32,000 nt of DNA from positions 570,001-602,000 of the forward strand of contig NZ_CP006867.1 of the NCBI RefSeq assembly GCF_001481685.1. Reading direction: 5' to 3'. Shown here one piece after another: positions 25,449 to 32,000 of this stretch. The notes beneath the pieces were generated by a model. It worked only from the letters and a program-made list of their open reading frames with translations. It made no database searches and was not told where the DNA came from. Source of the stretch: Ignicoccus islandicus DSM 13165 (GTDB lineage Archaea > Thermoproteota > Thermoprotei_A > Sulfolobales > Ignicoccaceae). A program made the translations under genes and the position numbers. Every line of letters begins with the position of its first letter. Position 1 is the first letter of the stretch.

Positions 25449-26222
25449 TTGATACTGGTAGGGCTGTTATCGGGAGGTATGGACTCAGCTACCGCTTTTG
25501 CAAAGGCACTGAGAGATTTCTCTCCTGAATACAGCGTCACGCTAACAATTATTTACGGTCAAACACATAAAAGGGAAATAGAGTCGGCCAAGGCGCTAGC
25601 TGAATACTACAATGTACCTCACTTAGTTATTGATTTGACTAACGTTTACAGTGTTATTAAGACCTCGTCGTTGCTCAATGGTAACGTTCCTGACGCATCT
25701 CAACTGAGGGCCGGTTTAGTACCATCTACCTACGTACCCCAAAGGAACTTGGTTTTAATCTCAGTAGCGGCCGCCTTCTTAGAAAAGCTCCTTATAGAAC
25801 GTAGCGATTCGCATGGGATTATAAGCGTCGGGTTTCATAGAACAGATTATTCACAAGACGAACCTGTATATCCAGATACTAGACCCGAGTTCGTTGAACC
25901 ACTAGAAAAGGCTATAAACGAGGGCTCGTCGGTTGTATTCAATGCAAGAGCCCAAGGAAGAGAAGCATCAATAAGGATTTATGCACCTTTCATAAAGGCT
26001 AGGAAATCAGATATCGTTAGAGAGGCAGTCAAACTTGGAGTACCTTTGGAGCTAACGTGGACATGCTATAGAGGTGGAACGAGACCTTGCGGCAAATGTC
26101 CGGCATGCATAACTAGATTAAGAGCATTTATGGAAGCCGGAGTTCCCGATCCATTGACCGAAAGATACGAGTACCTCCCTGAATGGTATAAGACTTGGTA
26201 TGAGAAATCGAAAGGGCGATGA
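25449..26222 (+). CDS. queC: 7-cyano-7-deazaguanine (preQ0) synthase QueC
   Basis: PP-loop LLSGGMDSATA, then YVPQRN, and the C-terminal zinc motif CYRGGTRPCGKCPACITR. TTG start. Confidence 0.85.
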   Translation: MILVGLLSGGMDSATAFAKALRDFSPEYSVTLTIIYGQTHKREIESAKALAEYYNVPHLVIDLTNVYSVIKTSSLLNGNVPDASQLRAGLVPSTYVPQRNLVLISVAAAFLEKLLIERSDSHGIISVGFHRTDYSQDEPVYPDTRPEFVEPLEKAINEGSSVVFNARAQGREASIRIYAPFIKARKSDIVREAVKLGVPLELTWTCYRGGTRPCGKCPACITRLRAFMEAGVPDPLTERYEYLPEWYKTWYEKSKGR

Positions 26223-26547
26223 AGAGGAACCCGAGTACTGATGAGGTGAGGAATCCTAGTCCACTTAGAGCCACTATGTGTTACGTTTGGGAATTTGCTA
26301 TCTCGACTTACATTTGGCAACTAAATAACGATTTACTTACTATTGTATGGCTATCTCTAGACTTGAGTACAAGCAGGATCCTTATCCTATTATATGAATT
26401 AATATGTATCCTAGGCGGATATCGAATAGAGTTATTACCCTTTCTGATTCTAATAATCCTTATATGGATACATTCAATCCATTCTAAAAGGGGATTGTGT
26501 TATCCGATAGCTCCCAAAATATGGTGTTGTAAAAACGGTGAGAAACC

Positions 26548-27057
26548 ATGGGTCTGGCATTTGCTAGAGGAGTCCTAGTTTTAACAACGTTACTAGTAAT
26601 TGCATACTCCCAAAGTCTTCCTGTCGATCTTCGGAACATACAAGAAATCTTGAAGAACTTACCATCTGAAATAATAAAATATAGAGACCAATTATTCGAC
26701 TTCATTAACAAGAACCAAATATACCTATTAGCGTCCCTAATAGTCGTACCTCTACTTATTTTACTCTATTTCGATGCACGTCTAATATTTGGTATATTGA
26801 GAGAAGTAACGTACCTCCTCGTGAACAGGAAGATTCTGCTACCTATTGAAAAGAAATGGTATCTATGGAGAATATCCTTGAAAATTATAGGTGTAGTATT
26901 TGTATCTGCAGTCATGATAGTGCTTACAGGATGGTTAGCATGGATGCTTCAGTTCAAGAACCTAGGAGACATGATCAACGCACTAGAGGAATTGAGAAGA
27001 ACGCAGAACCCCTTGAAAATAATAGAGACGTTACTGAGCTCGCTAAGGAGGCATTGA
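26548..27057 (+). CDS. Hypothetical membrane protein (169 aa)
   Basis: Signal-like N-terminus (GVLVLTTLLVIAYS) plus two further TM helices. Its stop overlaps the proposed nth start (TTGA). Confidence 0.5.
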   Translation: MGLAFARGVLVLTTLLVIAYSQSLPVDLRNIQEILKNLPSEIIKYRDQLFDFINKNQIYLLASLIVVPLLILLYFDARLIFGILREVTYLLVNRKILLPIEKKWYLWRISLKIIGVVFVSAVMIVLTGWLAWMLQFKNLGDMINALEELRRTQNPLKIIETLLSSLRRH

Positions 27058-27686
27058 AGAGACTAAAAGATACCTTTAAAGAATTACCCGAGAACGAATT
27101 CATAGCATTTTACGTCTGGAAAAGAACAAAATCTCCATTAGCAACGTTGATAGCCACAATAATTTCTCAGAATACAACAGAGAAGGCGTCCTTCAAAGCA
27201 TGGAATAACTTAATGTCATTGACTCATGGTGATTGGAAAAGAATATGTGATCTTGATATCAATGAGTTGATGTCTGCATTAAGGGTTACCGGATTATACA
27301 AACAAAAGGCTGAAACTATAAAGAGCGTTTGTGAAAAATCAGAGGAGTTAGAGAAGGCTATACTCAAAGGAGATAGAAATAAACTCCTAGAAATAAGCGG
27401 CATTGGACCAAAGACAGCAGATGTAGTACTAGCATTATTCAACCACAAGAGATTTCCGGTAGATACCCACGTCTTCAGAGTTTCTAAAAGGTTAGGTCTT
27501 GCTAAGGGTAGTTATGAGGCAGTGTCGTCTGAACTGCTAAAATTATTTCCTGAGAACCCCTTGCAAGCACATATGTATCTAATATTACTAGGACGAAAGT
27601 TTTGCAAGAAACAACGTCCTCTATGTGAAAAATGTCCTTTAAGGGACTTATGTCCCTCTGCAAGAATTGAAAACAATTCTGGTTAA
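27054..27686 (+). CDS. nth: Endonuclease III (HhH-GPD DNA glycosylase/AP lyase, 4Fe-4S)
   Basis: LIATIISQNTT, the HhH motif with catalytic Lys (ISGIGPKTADVVL), VDTHVFRVSKRLGL (Asp), and the cluster C-x6-C-x2-C-x5-C (CKKQRPLCEKCPLRDLC). I move the start from track 26856 to TTG 27054, which is preceded by AAGGAGG. The extra 66 N-terminal codons overlap the upstream gene. Confidence 0.85.
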   Translation: MKRLKDTFKELPENEFIAFYVWKRTKSPLATLIATIISQNTTEKASFKAWNNLMSLTHGDWKRICDLDINELMSALRVTGLYKQKAETIKSVCEKSEELEKAILKGDRNKLLEISGIGPKTADVVLALFNHKRFPVDTHVFRVSKRLGLAKGSYEAVSSELLKLFPENPLQAHMYLILLGRKFCKKQRPLCEKCPLRDLCPSARIENNSG

Positions 27687-27696
27687 AGATACAATA

Positions 27697-28335
27697 CTAA
27701 GCGGGCGGTTGTGGGACCACAACTGCCTTGACCGGTCCTTCGGGGCTAGGCACGTAAAGTAACTTCGACTTATATATTTCAGTTCTTCTAATTGGATATA
27801 TCTTCCTTGCTCTTTGCGTTATCTCTTCTGCAAGGTCACCGAAAAGCATCATATTTATTAGCTCATCTAAGGTAACTGTTGGAACTATTTCCTCCACAAC
27901 CTCTTTTTGTATTTTCCTAATAGCTCTCTTTTGGCTTGTTTGACATCGATAGGCAGTGAACGTGTCGATTGTTAGCCTTAAGACGTATCCGTCTTTAGTA
28001 GTTACTTCAAAGATACCTTCTACTTTAGAACTCTTTCTCCTTGTAAGACTTCTAATGTAGTCTCTGGCAAGCTCGTGGCCTTTGAATCTAGTAAATACTT
28101 GTAAGTTTCTTTCATCTACGTCTATTGCTTGTAAGTATACGTGGATGTGAACATAGGTGAAGTCTCCCGTTATATCGTAAAGGGTTGTATCAACCACCCT
28201 CCCTATTATTTTCCAACTTTCGTCCGCAGGTGTTTGACCTACTATAACTTTATTGAAGACCTCCGGTGCGATGATGTTGTACCATTGTTTTATCCTCCAT
28301 TTATCTCTAACAGCTCCTCTCCTCCTCGATGACAA
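27697..28335 (-). CDS. rps3ae: 30S ribosomal protein S3Ae (eS1)
   Basis: AVRDKWRIKQWYNIIAPEVF...GRVVDTTLYDITGDF... is the canonical S3Ae N-terminus. TTG start. Confidence 0.9.
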   Translation of the reverse strand: MSSRRRGAVRDKWRIKQWYNIIAPEVFNKVIVGQTPADESWKIIGRVVDTTLYDITGDFTYVHIHVYLQAIDVDERNLQVFTRFKGHELARDYIRSLTRRKSSKVEGIFEVTTKDGYVLRLTIDTFTAYRCQTSQKRAIRKIQKEVVEEIVPTVTLDELINMMLFGDLAEEITQRARKIYPIRRTEIYKSKLLYVPSPEGPVKAVVVPQPPA

Positions 28336-28345
28336 TCTTTATCCC

Positions 28346-28618
28346 CTACTCACTCGCTTGAAGCGACTTTTTAATTACTTCTTCTGTAAGTTTTAATTTC
28401 TCTAGAATGTCATCTACCGCCGTTCTAATCTTTAAGATATTGTTTGAAACGAATACGTACCGGAGAGTTGAGTTATCAACTGTAGAGCTATACTCTAGAT
28501 CTTTTACAGGTACGTCGTCCGGACGCAAAGCGTTGTAGTATATTTGAACATTAGATGAATGGATCCTTAGTATTACTTTATAAGGACAAGAATTCTTTGA
28601 ATTCCTTTGATCCGCCAA
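28346..28618 (-). CDS. pcc1: KEOPS subunit Pcc1-like protein
   Basis: 90 aa. [23 protein letters not shown]...LRYVFVSNNILKIRTAVDDILEKLKLTEEV fits the Pcc1/CTAG pattern (beta-beta-beta-alpha). The position between S3Ae and a RecJ-like gene matches a neighbourhood I recall for archaea. Confidence 0.5.
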   Translation of the reverse strand: MADQRNSKNSCPYKVILRIHSSNVQIYYNALRPDDVPVKDLEYSSTVDNSTLRYVFVSNNILKIRTAVDDILEKLKLTEEVIKKSLQASE

Positions 28619-29957
28619 CTTTACATAAACACCCTTTCGATATTTGCCATCCCTTATTTATTGCCTTTCTAATTACGTTAGTTATATCGAAACCTGCATA
28701 CCTAATAGAATCTATAGGAACGCAAATCTGGTCTCCATCAGAAAATCCTACTACATGAGATTTTTCTTGTATATAACCTAAATCGAGTATTATTCTGAAA
28801 GTAAGCGTAGGTGAGGGAGGTATCGAACTGAAGTGTAAGAGTGAGCCTTTTCTTCCCACATTATTAATTACCTTAAGCGATGAAAGGGCGATTGGAAGTT
28901 CGGTCGAATTAAATTTCAAAGTTGAGATATAAAGGTCTTCGGCTCGGTAATAATACTTACCCAACGTTACTAGGCTAACTACGTGATATAGTGATACGTC
29001 TAGAACTGTCAGAAACACTATGCTTCCTTGCTTGAACCCGTGTCTTAATATTAGGGGTAAATCACCTCTTTTGCTAGCGTCTTCTTTCAGATCGACACCT
29101 TCATAAAGTATCTCCTTTACATTTCTTTCCCTTTTACTGACATTCGATAAGTATTCTAACAAGACTTTTATTACTTGGGTAATCTTGTCCTCCTCACTTA
29201 GTATATCTAGAATGGTGGCGTCTGAAGGAACATCTATATTCTTTGATTTGAAATAGGACTCCACTTTCTGGGGGTTCGCACTAATTCCTAAGAAATATGG
29301 GATAGCAGTATAAGCAACTGAATAATGTATGGGAAGTTGTTTCCATTTATAGAATGAAAACGTAAATCCCTTTTCAACTATACCTGCCTCTTCGAGTTCA
29401 TCAATTAAAATTTCTTCCAATTCACCGATGTTGTTAAGTGAGGCATACGCTGCAACTAAACTGTAAACTTTGATATCATCTTTAACAACGAAAATTTCTT
29501 CAAGAACTTTGATAACTATGGAGCTAACTAGTCCATTTTTTAACCAGAAACTTACCCTGTTTTCGTCCTTAACTAGAGGTCCTTGTACTATTTCAATAAC
29601 CGGAATTTTCTTTGAAGGAAACCTCATCCCTATCGAAATTACTGGAACGTCCTCAGAAGTCTCTATGTATGGAAAAACGTTTACTGATGCCCGAATATCG
29701 TTATTTTCTAATATTTTTAGAACTTGTCCAGCTGCAATTAGTTCCTCGAAGGTAGGTAAAGTAAATATACGGACGTATCCGAAATCTCGGATGATCGAAA
29801 TAATCTCTCTAACTTTTTCAAAAGCTTGGCGTAGGTCGGGTTGTGATTCTAAGAAGCCTAGTAAGTTATTTCGAGGATTCGAAGAACGTTGAGTATTGTT
29901 GGACAAGCAATCTCGCCCTCTCAGGGTCGTACTGCCAGTCTGGTGGTAGTTTACCAA
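28578..29957 (-). CDS. RecJ/Cdc45-family (DHH-fold) protein with degenerate catalytic motifs
   Basis: 459 aa, located between rps15 and the pcc1-like/rps3ae genes, which is the conserved archaeal RecJ/Cdc45 neighbourhood as I recall it. I cannot find DHH or GGGH motifs; only a VGGSKEF remnant sits near the C-terminus. Start is uncertain: ATG 29957 lies 92 nt inside rps15, and no ATG/GTG/TTG follows for about 100 codons. Confidence 0.5.
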   Translation of the reverse strand: MVNYHQTGSTTLRGRDCLSNNTQRSSNPRNNLLGFLESQPDLRQAFEKVREIISIIRDFGYVRIFTLPTFEELIAAGQVLKILENNDIRASVNVFPYIETSEDVPVISIGMRFPSKKIPVIEIVQGPLVKDENRVSFWLKNGLVSSIVIKVLEEIFVVKDDIKVYSLVAAYASLNNIGELEEILIDELEEAGIVEKGFTFSFYKWKQLPIHYSVAYTAIPYFLGISANPQKVESYFKSKNIDVPSDATILDILSEEDKITQVIKVLLEYLSNVSKRERNVKEILYEGVDLKEDASKRGDLPLILRHGFKQGSIVFLTVLDVSLYHVVSLVTLGKYYYRAEDLYISTLKFNSTELPIALSSLKVINNVGRKGSLLHFSSIPPSPTLTFRIILDLGYIQEKSHVVGFSDGDQICVPIDSIRYAGFDITNVIRKAINKGWQISKGCLCKVGGSKEFKEFLSL

Positions 29958-30345
29958 CCCTCTTATAATATTTTACTAACCTTCTTATTTTCGACTCTAT
30001 CTCTATGAGTCCACGTTGTGAGTGTTTGTCTTTCGGGTGTTCGGCCAAATGCGCTCTAACTCTAACTGCTCTCTTCATTAAATGGAAGAGGTCCTCCGGT
30101 ATTGGTGGTGCCACACCTTCCTCTTCCATTATTTGGACAAGTTTCTTTCCAACTATTGGTTTGACTAATGGAATAGCAAATTGGTCTCGTAGAATTATGC
30201 CTATCATCGATGGACCATATCCTTTGTGGGCTAGTTCAACTATCATCGTTCTAATTTCTTCTTTGCTGAATCTTACCCATCTAGGTGGCGTATTTCTAAC
30301 TGGTCTCTTAGAATGCGACTTTCCTTTTTCCTTCCTCTTGTTCAC
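29866..30345 (-). CDS. rps15: 30S ribosomal protein S15 (uS15, S13e-type)
   Basis: KGKSHSKRP...[49 protein letters not shown]...[40 protein letters not shown] is canonical archaeal S15. Confidence 0.9.
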   Translation of the reverse strand: MNKRKEKGKSHSKRPVRNTPPRWVRFSKEEIRTMIVELAHKGYGPSMIGIILRDQFAIPLVKPIVGKKLVQIMEEEGVAPPIPEDLFHLMKRAVRVRAHLAEHPKDKHSQRGLIEIESKIRRLVKYYKRVGKLPPDWQYDPERARLLVQQYSTFFESSK

Positions 30346-30435
30346 GTTAGCCTCCCAGTGGGGTACTTCTCAAGCTCGGTTTAAATAGATTTAAACAACA
30401 ATTCACATAGCTACGCGATAAATATAATAATTATT

Positions 30436-31656
30436 TTAACCCGAAACTTTGGCTGTATACTCCCTCACGACCTTGGAAAGCCTCTTTATGGCCTCCCTTA
30501 TTTCTTCAATGCTTGGATAGGAGAAGTTCAGCCGCATGGTATTTCGTCCACTTCCATCGATGTAGAAGGCCGAGCCAGGAACGTAAGCTACACCTTCACT
30601 CAGAGCCATTGGTAACATCTCTTTGGTATCTAGGTTTTCATCAAGGTAAACGAATACGAAGAGTCCGCCTACCGGTTTGGTCCACTTGGCAACGCCATCC
30701 ATATACTCTTCCAAGCTCTCTAACATAGCGTCCCTTTTAGCTCTATAGGCTTCTTTGACCTTAGGTATATGACTATCAACAACGCCCCGTTTCAAGGCCT
30801 CCGCTGCTATGAGTTGATTAAAAGTTGAAGTATGCAAGTCTGCATTTTGTTTGGCAGTTTCCAGTGCATCAATAATATCTGGATGTGCTGCTACCCATCC
30901 TAATCGCAAACCTGGAGCCAATATCTTACTCATAGTGCTTGTATAGATCACTCTGTACTTGTCCTTAGCTCTTAAACGTTCAAACCTTATATGATCTTCG
31001 AACATGAAATGGCTATATGGATCGTCCTCAATAATTAAGAAGTCATATTCTTCTGCCAGTTCTAGGAGCCATTCCCTTCTCTCATTACTCATACTTACTC
31101 CAGAGGGATTCTGTGCAGTTGGAATAGTGTATACAACCTTCGGTTTCTTACCCTCTCTTCTAAACTCCTTTAACTTCTCTTCAAGTTCCTCTATCTTCAT
31201 TCCATGTTCGTCTATTCCAACACCTTCGAATTTTGCGCCAACCGATTTGAAGACGTTAATTGCTGCCAGATAAGTAGGCTTTTCAACAATTACTATGTCA
31301 TTCGGATTTATCAGTATTTGCGAAAGTAAACTTAAAGCTTGTTGGCTACCAGAGGTTACTATTATATTATAAGGTCTCTCGCCTGGAATACCCGCTCTCT
31401 CCATAAATCTTACAAGTTCGTTTCTGAATTCCCTTACGCCTCTAGTAACGCTGTACTGTAAAGCCTTCCAACCGTATTCACGAATTACGTCACTCGAAAT
31501 CTGCGCGAGTTCCTCTACAGGGAAATACTTTGGATCAGGAAGGCCTCCAGCAAGACTAATAACGTTCTTTCCCTCGGTTAACTCCAAAATTTCCCTTATC
31601 TCCGAAGATTCCATAAGGTTTACTCTCTCAGCAATGAATGACTTTATATCTAGCAA
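30436..31656 (-). CDS. PLP-dependent aminotransferase, class I/II (LysN/aromatic/2-aminoadipate aminotransferase-like)
   Basis: 406 aa with SSEIREILEL, VTSGSQQAL, IIEDDPYSHF and the PLP-lysine context YTSTMSKILAPGLRLGW. TTG start. Confidence 0.8.
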   Translation of the reverse strand: MLDIKSFIAERVNLMESSEIREILELTEGKNVISLAGGLPDPKYFPVEELAQISSDVIREYGWKALQYSVTRGVREFRNELVRFMERAGIPGERPYNIIVTSGSQQALSLLSQILINPNDIVIVEKPTYLAAINVFKSVGAKFEGVGIDEHGMKIEELEEKLKEFRREGKKPKVVYTIPTAQNPSGVSMSNERREWLLELAEEYDFLIIEDDPYSHFMFEDHIRFERLRAKDKYRVIYTSTMSKILAPGLRLGWVAAHPDIIDALETAKQNADLHTSTFNQLIAAEALKRGVVDSHIPKVKEAYRAKRDAMLESLEEYMDGVAKWTKPVGGLFVFVYLDENLDTKEMLPMALSEGVAYVPGSAFYIDGSGRNTMRLNFSYPSIEEIREAIKRLSKVVREYTAKVSG

Positions 31657-31692
31657 TAATTCCCACCCTCATCTAATCTCATTTCACTTGTG

Positions 31693-31715
31693 CAAAAACG
31701 TTTTTGTATTTAAAA
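31693..31715 (-). promoter_or_regulatory. TATA-like box abutting a perfect 14-nt palindrome upstream of the aminotransferase gene
   Basis: The minus strand reads TTTTAAATA (31707-31715), followed immediately by CAAAAACGTTTTTG (31693-31706). This lies about 37-60 nt upstream of TTG 31656. Confidence 0.35.
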
Positions 31716-31723
31716 GGTTACCC

Positions 31724-32000
31724 TTATATCGCCATTGAAACTAAGAGATTCTTTAGTTTAGGGAAATAATAGACGTTGTACGGATTGTAATGAATGTTGA
31801 GTTCTAAGTCTTTTATTGCTTCTTCAAATATAGCCCTATGCTTTTTAGGTAGCGTATAGATGAACTTCTCAAATTTATTCATTAAAATTCCCAATGCCTT
31901 CCTTAAGAGTCTTACGTATATTTCTATTTCATTTTCAGTAAGCTTCTCGGGAGGGTAATCGTAATGGGCTGCCGGATAATAGATGTCAAAGAACCTGGGA
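31724..32000 (-). CDS. C-terminal fragment of an unidentified protein (5' end outside window)
   Basis: Not in the ORF track. My translation of the minus strand from 31999 gives 91 codons without a stop, ending at TAA (31726-31724): PRFFDIYYPAAHYDYPPEKLTENEIEIYVRLLRKALGILMNKFEKFIYTLPKKHRAIFEEAIKDLELNIHYNPYNVYYFPKLKNLLVSMAI. Function not recognised. Confidence 0.5.
   Translation of the reverse strand, partial: PRFFDIYYPAAHYDYPPEKLTENEIEIYVRLLRKALGILMNKFEKFIYTLPKKHRAIFEEAIKDLELNIHYNPYNVYYFPKLKNLLVSMAI

Noticed and set aside
26236-26242. C-box-like CUGAUGA just after the queC stop
   Set aside because: No D', C' or D boxes occur within 70 nt on that strand.
1-32000. CRISPR arrays, IS elements/transposases, integrases, toxin-antitoxin pairs, restriction-modification or other defence hallmarks
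   Set aside because: No regularly spaced direct repeats were seen. I recognised no transposase, integrase, PIN/VapC or methyltransferase-nuclease signatures in any ORF. The window reads as conserved chromosomal core.

Overview
AT-rich, densely coding archaeal chromosome segment. The gene content looks crenarchaeal/TACK and hyperthermophile-like: Spt5, LX, S3Ae, RpoL, Csl4, Nop5, prefoldin, archaeal-type PEP carboxylase, ArcTGT-like protein, myo-inositol-1-phosphate synthase. About 40 CDS are supported, mostly housekeeping. They include the L11-L1/Spt5/SecE/FtsY/prefoldin/LX block, RpoL/Csl4 exosome-superoperon remnants, Nop5, and an S15/RecJ(Cdc45)-like/Pcc1-like/S3Ae block. Many genes start on GTG/TTG and are linked by ATGA/TGATG/TAATG overlaps. 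I found no rRNA, tRNA, CRISPR array, transposase/integrase or obvious defence-island signature. I therefore cannot claim a clear-cut novel system. The best second-look candidates are: (1) a well-formed C/D box sRNA candidate in the 340-nt non-coding gap downstream of deoC; (2) a translationally coupled 999-aa multi-beta-sandwich surface protein plus MacB/FtsX-type permease with no adjacent ATPase; (3) a TGT-family protein whose zinc-site ligands appear substituted; (4) a coupled small-membrane-protein/RCK/MscS-like trio; (5) an uncharacterised beta-propeller plus small-protein pair; (6) a K-turn-like hairpin in a 310-nt divergent intergenic region. All functional calls come from reading the translations and motifs by eye; no database search was possible.
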